Shown piece by piece: positions 49,636 through 60,267 of a stretch of 64,000 nt of DNA. The stretch is taken from assembly GCA_964621195.1 (NCBI GenBank), contig CAZULJ010000002.1:19665-83664 (forward strand). Reading direction: 5' to 3'. The notes under the pieces were generated by a model. It searched no databases, was not told the DNA's origin, and saw nothing but the letters and a program-made list of their open reading frames with translations. The position numbers and the translations under genes were made by a program. The stretch's first letter is position 1; the number at the start of each line of letters is the position of its first letter. Origin of the DNA: an uncultured Candidatus Saccharibacteria bacterium (GTDB lineage: Bacteria > Patescibacteriota > Dojkabacteria > SC72).

Positions 49636-50211
49636 ATGAACTATTTTCTGGGCTTTTTCCCAGATGAGAAAGCTAACTACAAAATACGAAAGGTAGTAGG
49701 TGAGGTTGGTCGGATATTTAAGGACTTTGATATCCCTGTCCGATGGGTTAAGCCTGAAACTTATCATATCTCAATATATTTGATAGGAGAGAAACTAAAC
49801 CCAATCTCTCAATTTTTTCTATCTAGGAAAATCAGGAAGATTGAATTCAAACCATTTGAAATTTCTTTTGGTAAAGTACGCTTAGGTATATCTAGGAAAT
49901 ATAAAGAATTAGTATATATTGATCTTAGTGATGGAGGGGAAGAGCTTAGGGAGCTCCTCCATCGCCTAAGGTATGAGCTCCGTGGTATTGATAACTCTAC
50001 TTTCGTTCCTCACCTAACTATCGGTAGGGTGAGTAAAGATCTTTCAGAAGAGGAGTATAGAAATCTTGTAAAAGATATTCAAAATATTTCAGATGATTTA
50101 AATATCCCAGAGATATCTTTTACTGTAAATGAGATGTATCTTGTAAAAAGTAAGGATGGGGATTATTCCTTACTTATGAAATTCGATGCTAGGTCCAACA
50201 TGCTCTCATAG
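49636..50211 (+). CDS. thpR: 2H phosphoesterase (RNA 2',3'-cyclic phosphodiesterase-like)
   Basis: RWVKPETYHIS and FVPHLTIGR (two HxS/T motifs). Confidence 0.8.
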   Translation: MNYFLGFFPDEKANYKIRKVVGEVGRIFKDFDIPVRWVKPETYHISIYLIGEKLNPISQFFLSRKIRKIEFKPFEISFGKVRLGISRKYKELVYIDLSDGGEELRELLHRLRYELRGIDNSTFVPHLTIGRVSKDLSEEEYRNLVKDIQNISDDLNIPEISFTVNEMYLVKSKDGDYSLLMKFDARSNMLS

Positions 50212-51044
50212 CTATTTACATATACGCAATTCTTGTTTCTTCTAAACCAAGTCCTCTGTCTTTTAGCATATCGAAGGGTGTTTGTTACTATCTCTTTTTT
50301 TACCTCTTCTAATGTACAATCTTTTCTGAAATATTTCTCAAACTCTCTATACCCAATACTATTCAATCCTTTATCCTCATACCGGTATCCCATTTCTAAA
50401 AGTTTTCTATTTTCATCCTCTAATCCATCTTCAAACATTTTGTTCACTCTTTTTTCTATCCTCTTTCTTAGTTCTTCTTTTTCAATATCCAAAACAAAAT
50501 AGATGCTATTTAAATCTTTCCCTTTGTTTTGATCTATTGAATTCTTTTGTATTGCTCTAATAAGTCTATGAGGATTCTTTTTGTCACTTTCGGTCATTAG
50601 TTCTAAGAAAGGTGTTGCTCTTTCTTGAAGCTCTTCCAAAGAAAGATTCGAAAGATCTGATTCGTGGTTGTTCTCATTTAGATCATAATTAAATACCACA
50701 CTATCTATATACAAACCTGTACCACCAACTATGATTGGAATACCTTCCTCCCTGTCTAATATTTTTTGTACTTCTTGTTGATATTCGAATAGGGTAAAGG
50801 GATCTTTAGGATCCACAATATCATAGAGGAAGTGTCTTACATCTGAGATTATCCATGTACCATCTTCTAAGACTTTATCAGGTAAGGGTTTTGCTGTACC
50901 TATAGATAGATGTTTGTACACCTGTCTTGAATCTCCATTGATAATATATCCACCAATATCTTTGGCTAACTGTATAGCTAGGTTGGATTTACCAGATGCG
51001 GTAGGTCCTGCAATTACAATGATCTTACCTTTGTAATCTATCAT
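50163..51044 (-). CDS. miaA: tRNA dimethylallyltransferase
   Basis: GPTASGKS, DSRQVY, VGGTGLY, YAKRQRTWFR. Confidence 0.96.
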   Translation of the reverse strand: MIDYKGKIIVIAGPTASGKSNLAIQLAKDIGGYIINGDSRQVYKHLSIGTAKPLPDKVLEDGTWIISDVRHFLYDIVDPKDPFTLFEYQQEVQKILDREEGIPIIVGGTGLYIDSVVFNYDLNENNHESDLSNLSLEELQERATPFLELMTESDKKNPHRLIRAIQKNSIDQNKGKDLNSIYFVLDIEKEELRKRIEKRVNKMFEDGLEDENRKLLEMGYRYEDKGLNSIGYREFEKYFRKDCTLEEVKKEIVTNTLRYAKRQRTWFRRNKNCVYVNSYESMLDLASNFISKE

Positions 51045-51553
51045 CTAAGTATATATCTTGAGATTCCATATGTTGCCCAGATACTCCCTATGCATGATAT
51101 TACACTTGATACTAGTATCGCTTGTGTTTGTACTGATACAAAGAGAAATATTGAGCTAGCTAAAAGTAGAAGGAATATTGTTTGTTTAGCAGTATCAGTA
51201 AAATATTCGAGTCTGATTTTTTCCAATGTAAAGTTCTTCTTATGTATCTTGTGTACATAGAATCCTACAAATATTCCTAGATTACTAACGAGTAGTATGG
51301 AGGTTAATATTGGGACAATTCTAAATACTTCTGTAATCTCGATTTTAAAGAGAACATTTAAAAGTACAAGGCTTAATACATTTAACATTGCTGCTATTGC
51401 GAAGGTGATGGAGGAAAGTATAAGGAGGTTTCTGTTTTTAGACATAAAGTATATGCCAATTTGTGATACAAGAAAGATCCCTCCAAGGAGGACAATCTCT
51501 TGTACTTTCTCATATGTACTCCAGCTATTTATTAAGTCTGTTAATATTGTCAT
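51041..51553 (-). CDS. Membrane protein, possibly a truncated SecF
   Basis: About 5 TMs; overlaps the end of the SecD-like gene. Confidence 0.45.
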   Translation of the reverse strand: MTILTDLINSWSTYEKVQEIVLLGGIFLVSQIGIYFMSKNRNLLILSSITFAIAAMLNVLSLVLLNVLFKIEITEVFRIVPILTSILLVSNLGIFVGFYVHKIHKKNFTLEKIRLEYFTDTAKQTIFLLLLASSIFLFVSVQTQAILVSSVISCIGSIWATYGISRYILR

Positions 51554-52803
51554 ATCTTTAATATACTTCTTACTTTATATGTATAGAATCGGGCAATTTG
51601 CTCGGATATATTCCCTAGGATTAGTAGTAGGAATAGGTGAGAGGCAAATATTTTGGCATATCCTGTTCCGAGTATTGCTACGATAGAGGCTATTAAAGCA
51701 AGTAGCACATTCACTATTATCCTTGACTCTGAGTTCTCTGTAGTAATCCTTAAAACAGCAATCATTGTTATTACCTCTATTGCAAGAATGAATGTATCTA
51801 TTGGCAATGAGGATATCTTTAGGTATGCGACCCAAAGTGAGATTGTTAACATTGTTGTTAATCCTGCAACTATGAGAGTCTTTTTATCCGTTTTGTCTAT
51901 TAGTAGTAGGTATGCATATATTACTACCGTTGCAATTATCACACCTTCAAGAATCTTTACATAGTCAGCCTCGATATCTTCAATTGGGACTTCTTGTTGA
52001 TTTACTAAGGTGTATGAGACAGGCACAACCCCTGAGTTATAAAGAATATTTATTAATTCGGCCTCTTTTTTCTCTGTCGTTGATACTGGTAATGCAAATA
52101 TTAATGGCTCTGTTGCAGGTATCTGTATTGGTGTAACAAATCCATCTATAGAAACGCCTACTTCTACACCCTTGTTGTCACTTAGAAATGTATTCCACTG
52201 TTTGTTCCAAGGCCAAGTTTTAAATAGGGCAAAGTAAGAGTACTCATTTGCGGAGTTTCTTAATTTTGTTACATAGATATTTCTAAAGGAGGATCTATCA
52301 AAGGAAGTTTCAGTATAGTTTTCTTCTAAATATATTGCGTATGGATTCTCTGGATCTTCGAAGTTTACATCAGGATTCCTTGTTACAACGGTTATTTTAA
52401 AAGGGCTTCTTACTAACTCATCAACATATTCTTGTGGCAGGGAAGACTGGATTAAAATTGAGATATACTCTTTTTCATTTTCAGCAAATCTACTCATATC
52501 TACTTTCTCTACTCCAATCTTGGTGAGTCTTTTGTAAAGTACGGACATTATCTGATCTATTTCTTTATCCTTCGTTGATGACTTTGCATTATCAACTTCA
52601 AGTGTGTACTCTTTTGCCCAGTAGAGCTGGGATTTAGTTTGTAAGTCATATGTAACATTTGAAGATACCCTTTCAGTTAATGGTAGGGCGATCAATATAG
52701 ATACTAAGATACCTGAGGTTAGTAATATTACTCCTAAGTAATTTAACAAATATCTAATATCAATCTTTGGTAATCTAATCTTGTTGAATTTTATTTTTTT
52801 CAT
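51550..52803 (-). CDS. Divergent SecD-like protein
   Basis: TM, VLYKRLTKIGV (compare RRVNALGV), VSIDG, LYNSGVVP (compare LRAGALP), then TMs. Confidence 0.65.
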   Translation of the reverse strand: MKKIKFNKIRLPKIDIRYLLNYLGVILLTSGILVSILIALPLTERVSSNVTYDLQTKSQLYWAKEYTLEVDNAKSSTKDKEIDQIMSVLYKRLTKIGVEKVDMSRFAENEKEYISILIQSSLPQEYVDELVRSPFKITVVTRNPDVNFEDPENPYAIYLEENYTETSFDRSSFRNIYVTKLRNSANEYSYFALFKTWPWNKQWNTFLSDNKGVEVGVSIDGFVTPIQIPATEPLIFALPVSTTEKKEAELINILYNSGVVPVSYTLVNQQEVPIEDIEADYVKILEGVIIATVVIYAYLLLIDKTDKKTLIVAGLTTMLTISLWVAYLKISSLPIDTFILAIEVITMIAVLRITTENSESRIIVNVLLALIASIVAILGTGYAKIFASHLFLLLILGNISEQIARFYTYKVRSILKI

Positions 52804-52805
52804 GG

Positions 52806-53378
52806 TTATATAAGGTCTGTATCTTTCCCAATTACAATAATTTTGTCATTAAGAAGTGCATTCATCAAAATAGGGTCTTTCTTTCTCCTACCGAATTCAT
52901 AATCTTCGGCTTTCATAGCAGCATATTTAATTACTTTCCCTAACTCTTTCTCTAAGGTATTCATAGTTGATGTTAGATCTTTTATCTTCATATCTCCTAT
53001 AAATAGCATATCTAAATCTGTTGTTTGATCATGCTTTCCCTTAAACAGGTTCTCTGTGACTATTGCAACAGTTATTCCATCAACCTGTAAAAGTCTACTG
53101 TAGAGAAGTTTACCTAAGTCAGATTCTTTGAAAAATATTGCTCTAAGTTCCCAAATAATAGGGCAGCTCTTATCTATTGTGTATACAATCTTGTTTCCAT
53201 CCTTAACAGACTTGAGTATACCTGCTGCTTTTAGATTAAGTAGCTCTCTTCTTACAGCATTGATCTCTTCACCCAATTCTCTAACCAATCCTCTTACGTG
53301 ATAGTTTGCTTTTATATTGAGCATATACTTCTCAAGGATTCTTATTCTTACTTTTGAAATAAAAAGATTTTTTAGCAT
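52806..53378 (-). CDS. Winged-helix plus degenerate nucleotidyltransferase-fold protein
   Basis: LFISKVRIRIL, HVRGLVR..NAVRRELLNL, DLDMLFIG. Confidence 0.7.
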   Translation of the reverse strand: MLKNLFISKVRIRILEKYMLNIKANYHVRGLVRELGEEINAVRRELLNLKAAGILKSVKDGNKIVYTIDKSCPIIWELRAIFFKESDLGKLLYSRLLQVDGITVAIVTENLFKGKHDQTTDLDMLFIGDMKIKDLTSTMNTLEKELGKVIKYAAMKAEDYEFGRRKKDPILMNALLNDKIIVIGKDTDLI

Positions 53379-53442
53379 AGCCCTTGTAATATAAATATAT
53401 ATTAAATAGGCCTAGTATATTAGACTAGGTCCATGGGGCATT

Positions 53443-54717
53443 TTATTGTTCAATTATAGCAAATTTTCCTTCAGAGCGAGCGAGAGCACTAATCCATATT
53501 CTTCCTCTGTTAAATTGTACCTCATTTCCATCGCTATAATAATAGGTTGTACGATCTGTTCTACTAATCTTTTCCCATGTCCCTTCTGTAATTTTCCCAT
53601 CCATTAGAAATACCGCTTTACCTTTCCCTATCGTATCTTGAATAATTCTTCCTTTATCGTCGTAGCTTGGACTCATATTTATTTCTTGCACTATTAGATT
53701 CTTTGCATATACCTGTGTATTTGTTTCTTGATCTAATGCTGCCTGTTTACCAACCTGTAGCATATAGCTGTTGGTCTTGCTGTCATAGGTCCATACCGTG
53801 TCATATAGGCCACTGTTGTTTATTCTTTGATGGAATACAATACTAATTTTACTCTTCTCTCCTCGCTCATTTACAGGAGCATCATTTTTGAACTTCCATG
53901 ACTCTATCTTAGGGAAAGAATCCCAGTTCATATCTTCTGCATACTCCCATGCATTTGTAATTGAGGAATATTCATTGTGTGGTGCATATCTTCTCCCATC
54001 ATTCCATCTCCATGCCCCTATAGTAGCAATCTTCTTAATCTTGTAGGATGCTATATTCCCACAAGCATCTGTTTTCGGATCTTCGGTTTCTGCGCAACCA
54101 TCATATATGAATAGAGGATCGTAAGGGCTTAACCATTCTAAGTAATACTGTCTCGCACTCCTTATCGGTCCTACCTTTGCTGGAGCTTCACTCCAAAATA
54201 TTGCTAAATATCTTGTAATTCCAGATTCTGCTAATGCTTCATATACAACATCTGCACTATTTAATCCCGATTGTGGTCTTGCCTCTGCATGATTGTTTAT
54301 CATTACTGCCACTGGTCTATTTTTTTTCAACTCATCGATCTCGGTCTTAGTAAACAGTAAACCATTAATTGGGCTTACTTCAGTCTTAGGTTCCTGTGGA
54401 GATATCGTAGGTGTACTTGGTAGTAGGTACTCTTTAGATTTTGAAATTAGGTATTCGCTATTTAAACTTATTACCTCAGAAGGATTCTTAAACGGTTCTG
54501 TTTTGTATATTCCAAAGTAGTAGAAGGCAGCAATACCAAGTAATACTGTAAATCCAAAAGCTATGAGTAAAAGGGTTACTGTCTTGGATGATATCCTTGG
54601 TTTCTTTTTTATAGCATCTGCCTCTACATTTGGTACTATATTCTCAGGTACTTCTTCCCTCTTGATACTTTCCTCTTTAGGGATATTCTTTTTCGCAGAT
54701 ATGGTTATCTCTTTCAC
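53443..54717 (-). CDS. DUF3048 (YerB-like) membrane-anchored protein
   Basis: RPVAVMINNH..ARPQSGL..AD.VYE, GPIRSAR, APHN.Y. Confidence 0.85.
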   Translation of the reverse strand: MKEITISAKKNIPKEESIKREEVPENIVPNVEADAIKKKPRISSKTVTLLLIAFGFTVLLGIAAFYYFGIYKTEPFKNPSEVISLNSEYLISKSKEYLLPSTPTISPQEPKTEVSPINGLLFTKTEIDELKKNRPVAVMINNHAEARPQSGLNSADVVYEALAESGITRYLAIFWSEAPAKVGPIRSARQYYLEWLSPYDPLFIYDGCAETEDPKTDACGNIASYKIKKIATIGAWRWNDGRRYAPHNEYSSITNAWEYAEDMNWDSFPKIESWKFKNDAPVNERGEKSKISIVFHQRINNSGLYDTVWTYDSKTNSYMLQVGKQAALDQETNTQVYAKNLIVQEINMSPSYDDKGRIIQDTIGKGKAVFLMDGKITEGTWEKISRTDRTTYYYSDGNEVQFNRGRIWISALARSEGKFAIIEQ

Positions 54718-54827
54718 TTTGAGTAAAGGTAATAGATATACTTAATATATAATTTACCATTTGATGTATACAATGTTAAATCTATCTATGTTAATATCTA
54801 AATATATTAATATGAAGGGATTTGAAG

Positions 54828-55856
54828 ATGAAATATAGACATATTTTTTACATAATACTGATTGTATCCTCTGGCTTACTACTATCTGGTTGTACCAAAA
54901 AGGATCCAGCCTATGATACCTCCAAGATAGATATTGTTGATTCAGAAGAGAAAGAAGAGGTCGAGAACCAAGAAGAAGAGGTTGATGAGTTACCCGTCGA
55001 TTCTACAGATCTAGGATCGCTATCTAATCCTGAAGAATTTACAAGAAAGAGTCAAAGTATTGGTGCAATCTCAGAATCGGAATACACTCTTGAGTCTTTA
55101 GAAGCTACTCAAGCTAATGGATATCACGATTTTAAGTTTAGAATTTCAACTGCATCTGAGACTCCAGTCTTGCCACTTTTCACAGTCGATCCTGTGTTAG
55201 ATAAGGGGGTATTTAGGGTAACAGTAAAAAATGTAGTAACTGATAACAGTGGTATTGCATATCAAACCAGCAAATTGGTAGAGAAGGGCGCTATCACTGG
55301 AATATATAGGGCGGTTACATCACAACCAAAAACTTCTGTATATGAGATTGGGTTTTTAGGTATAAATAACGTAAAGCTCGACTATCTAGAGAATGATCTA
55401 AATAGTTGGGATGTATCTGTAAAGGTTTCATACGATCTTAAATATTCTCCTCCAAGTATAGATTTCGGTAGTACTGAGTTCAGTAGCGATGCACAAAGTA
55501 TTGAAGGTATGACATCTTCGGATGGAGCGAGGGTATCCTCATACTCATACAGTGTTACAGGTGGTGTCTTAAAATTTGTATTTTCTGTTGCTAGTGGTGC
55601 ATCTAACCCTATTCCCTCTGTAGAGGCAGCTTACGATGATATGAATATCTTGGATGTTAGATTTACATCTTTGCTTTCAGATAAAGTATCTACTTGGGGT
55701 AATACAATTACTCTCCCTGGAGGTATTGTTGTTAATGTATCGAGGATTGGTGAGGTTAGTAGTTACAAATTTGGAGGTATTGGTGCTGCAAGGGCTTTTA
55801 AGCTAAGTGCGACTCAGAGTCCTAATCAAGTAATAGTTGAGATTAAATTGAATTAA
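54828..55856 (+). CDS. Hypothetical lipoprotein
   Basis: Lipobox LLSGC, acidic linker, two similar beta-rich halves. Confidence 0.7.
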   Translation: MKYRHIFYIILIVSSGLLLSGCTKKDPAYDTSKIDIVDSEEKEEVENQEEEVDELPVDSTDLGSLSNPEEFTRKSQSIGAISESEYTLESLEATQANGYHDFKFRISTASETPVLPLFTVDPVLDKGVFRVTVKNVVTDNSGIAYQTSKLVEKGAITGIYRAVTSQPKTSVYEIGFLGINNVKLDYLENDLNSWDVSVKVSYDLKYSPPSIDFGSTEFSSDAQSIEGMTSSDGARVSSYSYSVTGGVLKFVFSVASGASNPIPSVEAAYDDMNILDVRFTSLLSDKVSTWGNTITLPGGIVVNVSRIGEVSSYKFGGIGAARAFKLSATQSPNQVIVEIKLN

Positions 55857-55859
55857 TCT

Positions 55860-56270
55860 ATGCAAGATTTCGCTGTTGTTTGGGATATCAATGGGGTTAT
55901 ATTTAAGAATTACTCTTTAGATAAAGATACATTAGGAATTGTAAAGGAACTTTTCTCTGTTGGTTGTAAGCAGTATGTATGTACAAACACACGCATAAGT
56001 AGGATGGATTCTTTGGAAAAGTTACTACATAGTTTTGGATATTTTGAGGAGATCTTTAGTAGTGCAAGACTTGGTCTCACTAAGCCAGACTGTCGTGTAT
56101 ATGAATATCTCAAGGAGAATATTCCTTACAAGACTTTGTATTTCATTGATGATTCTCCACAAAATATTGCAGTAGCAAATGAGATGGGTCTGTATGGTAT
56201 AAGGTATACATCGGATATTAATCTAAAAGAAGACTTTAAATTATTAGGAATATATAAAGATGATAAGTAG
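55860..56270 (+). CDS. HAD-superfamily hydrolase (capless)
   Basis: WDINGV, CTN, KPD, FIDDS..N. Confidence 0.8.
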   Translation: MQDFAVVWDINGVIFKNYSLDKDTLGIVKELFSVGCKQYVCTNTRISRMDSLEKLLHSFGYFEEIFSSARLGLTKPDCRVYEYLKENIPYKTLYFIDDSPQNIAVANEMGLYGIRYTSDINLKEDFKLLGIYKDDK

Positions 56271-56841
56271 AGATAGAGCCCAGGAGTTAATTGATAAGTA
56301 TATATCAACACCATGGCTTAAATTACATATGAGAGAAACAGAAGTAATATTGCAAGGGGTTGCAAGAGAGTTGGGTGAAGATCCTAACTCTTGGGGTATT
56401 GCAGGATTCTTGCATGATCTTGATTTTGACTACGTAGGTAAAGATCCTGCAAGGCATGTTGTAGAGTTCGACGATATCTTAAAAAAGGAGGGACTAACAG
56501 TTGGTAATGATATCTCTGAAGAGATGTATCATGCTATCAAGTCTCACTATGAGGATAACCCAAAGGTGGAGCAAAAAAGAGAATCTAAGTTTGATTATGC
56601 ATTGGCAGCTGCAGAAAATCTAAGCGGTTTTCTAGTTGCATGCGCTTTGGTTATGCCAGATAAAAAGATTTCTTCTGTTCAAGTAGATTCTATAATTAAA
56701 AAACTAAAGAAGAAAGATTTCGCAAAGGCAGTAAACAGGGAGTATATCTATGATATTGATAAAACGGGTATTTCCTTAGAGAGATTTATAGAAATTGCTT
56801 TAAAAGAAATGAATGATATTGCTGATGAAATAGGGCTTTAG
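56260..56841 (+). CDS. HD-domain protein
   Basis: H..ETE, GFLHDLD, AIKSH, ACALVMPDK. Confidence 0.85.
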   Translation: MISRDRAQELIDKYISTPWLKLHMRETEVILQGVARELGEDPNSWGIAGFLHDLDFDYVGKDPARHVVEFDDILKKEGLTVGNDISEEMYHAIKSHYEDNPKVEQKRESKFDYALAAAENLSGFLVACALVMPDKKISSVQVDSIIKKLKKKDFAKAVNREYIYDIDKTGISLERFIEIALKEMNDIADEIGL

Positions 56842-57716
56842 TATAATTCTTTCATCGGGGTGTAGTTCAGATGGCTAGAACGCTTGCATGGGGTGCAAGA
56901 GGTCGCACGTTCAAGTCGTGTCACCCCGATTTCCTCCTTGTTTATGTTATAAACAAATACCCACCCATATTTCTTTCTATCGAAGACTCTCTCAAGCTTT
57001 TTGTTCTGTTTAAATCCTCCTACTTGTATAAACTGTGTTTCCCACCAAGCTCTTGTCGCAAGGGTTCTGTGTGTTTCATCATCAATTATTTGTCTTTGTA
57101 CTTCTTGATTGTTAACTACTCTTGGGCTATCAATTGTAGGAATTATTGCATAGAATAGACCATTATTTTTAATTATCCTTCTTATTTCTTTCAGAGCCAT
57201 TCCTATCTCATCTGCTTCTATATGTTCTAGTGTATGATGTGATGTGGCAATATCAAGGAGATCTGTTTTTAATTTGATTTTTTGTAGGAAGGATTGAACT
57301 CTTTTTACTCTAAATCTTTTAGCCTCTTTTGCTATATATTTACAAGAATCTACAGCATAGACCTTAACTTTAGGTAACTGTTCCTTAATAGCTGCAGCAT
57401 AGAATCCTGGCCCAGAGCCCAAGTCTGCATACCGAGACAACTTGTTCTCTAGAATATATTTTGTTACATTTGTAATGTCGCCTTTGTATTTCTCTTTTCT
57501 TGATTCGAAGGTATATCCTTCTTGGTAGGCATTGTGATTATCGGAAAAGTACTCATCAGTATTGTAATATTTTTTCGTGTTAAAAAGATTGTTTGATAGA
57601 GAGAATGCATAGCTTGATTCACCATCTTCGAACCTTAGGTGTGGAAGATATGCTCTTGGGATATATATTTTCTTAAATTTTACTAGATCTTTTTCCTTAT
57701 GGTAGATCGATTTTAT
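56838..57716 (-). pseudogene. Class I SAM-dependent methyltransferase, apparently damaged at both ends
   Basis: DLGSGPG, AVDSC, HHTLEHI. The frame stays open for 92 codons upstream of TTG 57440 with no ATG/GTG/TTG, and the 3' end reads through tRNA-Pro antisense. Confidence 0.6.
56856..56929 (+). tRNA. tRNA-Pro (anticodon GGG)
   Basis: CGGGGTG/CACCCCG acceptor stem, CTTGC-ATGGGGT-GCAAG anticodon arm, GTTCAAGTC; no encoded CCA. Confidence 0.93.
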
Positions 57717-57817
57717 CTATTCTCGGTGTGTAGATTAAAAGCTGCTGGGGGTGACGGCCATTATATTACATATTTAGAGATATTTGAAATGGGATACAAA
57801 GTATTGTAATTTTATAT

Positions 57818-58486
57818 GTGAAGGTGAATATAAAAAGAAATAAAAAAATCATACCTCTGCTATTTTTTGTAATACTGCAATCCAGCAATACAATCGCTTT
57901 TGGGAATCAACCGGATCCTCCCGAATTTCATCCTAACCTTGAGAATATTGAGTACGTTGATACTGAAATACTTGTTGAAGATATCCAAGATGATACTTTG
58001 GGGTTGGGAACAAAAGATATCGCTATAGATGCAAATGATAATATTTTTACCCTCGGAGATACATCATATGATTACGGTTATAATATTGGAATTGACAATA
58101 CGAGAGACTATATCTATATCGCTGGGGCTGTTGGTAGTGCATTGGATATGAATCCCGATCCTTTTCAAGAGGATATAAAGGCGAATGGAGGTGCATATCT
58201 TGCCAAATTTGATATGACAGGTGAATATCTGTGGTCAAATGTTTATGCTACAACAGTAAACTACGGTTTTGTTGCTGTTAAAGAGAGTACTGGTATTGTT
58301 TATTACTCTGCACTGGTTAGTAGTGGAACGATAGATTTTGTTCTGAATGGTAAATATCAACTAGAGAGTTTAGATACTGATTTGTATATAGAGAATTCAT
58401 CTAAGCTTGTGTTCAAAGGAAAAGAGAATGGTGTGTCTGAAATAAAGCCTAATATTGTAATTAGAAGTAATTCTACTAGACCATGA
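57818..58486 (+). CDS. Secreted protein with beta-propeller-like repeat fragments
   Basis: Signal peptide, DIAIDANDNIF, IYIAG, YLAKFDMTGEYLWS. Confidence 0.5.
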   Translation: MKVNIKRNKKIIPLLFFVILQSSNTIAFGNQPDPPEFHPNLENIEYVDTEILVEDIQDDTLGLGTKDIAIDANDNIFTLGDTSYDYGYNIGIDNTRDYIYIAGAVGSALDMNPDPFQEDIKANGGAYLAKFDMTGEYLWSNVYATTVNYGFVAVKESTGIVYYSALVSSGTIDFVLNGKYQLESLDTDLYIENSSKLVFKGKENGVSEIKPNIVIRSNSTRP

Positions 58487-59577
58487 GCTTAGCTGATATG
58501 AAGATATTAATCTGTTGTGGTACTCGTCCAAATTTTATTAAATTGGCCCCCCTTTATCACGAAGGTGTTAAAAGAAACCATGACATACAGATATTACATA
58601 CTGGGCAACATTACGACATTAATCTAAATCAGATATTTTTCTCTCAACTTGGTATACCAGAACCAAACGTAAATCTAAATATTGAAAGAGGAGGAGAGTA
58701 TGTTAAAGAAATTGCAAAATCTGTAGAGCTATTTCTGGAAGAGAATAGATATGACTATATATTTGTAATTGGAGATGTGGATTCTTCATTGGGTTGTGCG
58801 GTTGGTGCAAAGAACTCGTCGCACAAGGTTGTACATATAGAGGCAGGACTGAGAAGTCATGATATGGATATGCCAGAAGAGAGAAACAGAATTGAGATAG
58901 ATAAGATTTCAGATATCAAGTTCGTTTCTGAGCCTGATGGGATTGTTAACCTAAAAAATGAGAATCTTTATTCAGATGAAGACACATTTCTAGTTGGCAA
59001 TGTTATGATTGATACCTTCGTATCAAATATATCCAATATAGAAGGGGTAGATTTAAAAGATGAGCTTGATCTGGAGAAAGGTACTTACTGTATTGTTACA
59101 GTGCATAGGCCTTCTAATGTAGATGTAAGGGAGCGATTAAAATCTCTACTAAGCTATCTAGATTCTCTGTCTAAAGATATTAAGGTTCTGTTTCCTATTC
59201 ATCCACGAACATTAATGGCAATTGAGAAGTGTGGTCTTTCGAAGTTATTGAAAAATATAATTGTGACTGAGCCTTTAGGATATTTTGAATTCCTTAATCG
59301 AGTACAGAATGCGAGGTATATGATTACGGATTCTGGAGGGGCTCAAGAAGAAAGTATGCATTTGAGGATTCCTTGCATTACAATAAGATCTTGTACTGAA
59401 AGACCTATTACATTGAGATATGGTACGAGTTTTCTTGCTGGTGAGGATATGAATCTACTTAGATATTACTCTAAGTTAGCCTGTGAAGGTAGGCTGGAAT
59501 CTAATCGTAGGGGTGGGTATGAATTGTGGGATGGGCAGGCTACTCGTAGGATTTATTCTGTTTTGGAAAGTTTATAG
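58483..59577 (+). CDS. wecB: UDP-N-acetylglucosamine 2-epimerase (non-hydrolysing)
   Basis: GTRPNFIK, HTGQHYD, HIEAGLRS, PEERNR, TDSGGAQEE, TERP. Confidence 0.93.
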   Translation: MSLADMKILICCGTRPNFIKLAPLYHEGVKRNHDIQILHTGQHYDINLNQIFFSQLGIPEPNVNLNIERGGEYVKEIAKSVELFLEENRYDYIFVIGDVDSSLGCAVGAKNSSHKVVHIEAGLRSHDMDMPEERNRIEIDKISDIKFVSEPDGIVNLKNENLYSDEDTFLVGNVMIDTFVSNISNIEGVDLKDELDLEKGTYCIVTVHRPSNVDVRERLKSLLSYLDSLSKDIKVLFPIHPRTLMAIEKCGLSKLLKNIIVTEPLGYFEFLNRVQNARYMITDSGGAQEESMHLRIPCITIRSCTERPITLRYGTSFLAGEDMNLLRYYSKLACEGRLESNRRGGYELWDGQATRRIYSVLESL

Positions 59578-59785
59578 GAAGCTATGGGCCTTCCTGGCTG
59601 TTCCAGCAATTATTCGTAGGTCAAATATTCTGCTTGGTGTCTCATAGTCGGGGCTTGCATTCTCTTGAATGCTCTTGTGTAGGGTTCGTACTTAGTTTTA
59701 AGCTATCTATATAGCTTATCTATAACATTAAAATGCTGGATTTTTTAGCATTCTTATCCTAGCATATAGTTATAATTAAATTGTC

Positions 59786-60199
59786 ATGTTTATAACTATG
59801 ACAAACAGAGATAGAGCAGTCTTGCTTTCTATATTCATTTCAGTATTCGGTTTTTCCCTCCTCAATGTAGTTAATCCATTAGATCGACAATTGGGTAAAC
59901 CATTTGTTGTAACATCAGAATATATTTCCAAAGTCCCTCTCATGGATGAGGAGTATTCGTATGATTATAACTTTGATATTGATAGACGGTACAGTAGATT
60001 TGATTCAAGTAAATCAAAATTAGTAAATATGCTAAGTATATCTATGGGAATATCTACTGAAGATGTTCAAGAGGCCTTAGAGGCTGGTATGAAGCCTTCA
60101 GAGATGCTTGCAGAGGAGGGTATACTTCTTTCTGATCTTGAGGAGGATTTCAATTTTGAATTAGTAGGGGAGAGAGAGTTTGTTAGATTTAATTCGTAG
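59786..60199 (+). CDS. Hypothetical membrane-anchored protein
   Basis: N-terminal TM, acidic helical C-terminus. Confidence 0.55.
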   Translation: MFITMTNRDRAVLLSIFISVFGFSLLNVVNPLDRQLGKPFVVTSEYISKVPLMDEEYSYDYNFDIDRRYSRFDSSKSKLVNMLSISMGISTEDVQEALEAGMKPSEMLAEEGILLSDLEEDFNFELVGEREFVRFNS

Positions 60200-60267
60200 C
60201 GCATAACAATTTACTATAAGCCCCAACTGGTGTATAATCCCACCAGTAAGTTGTTTTGGTAAATAAT

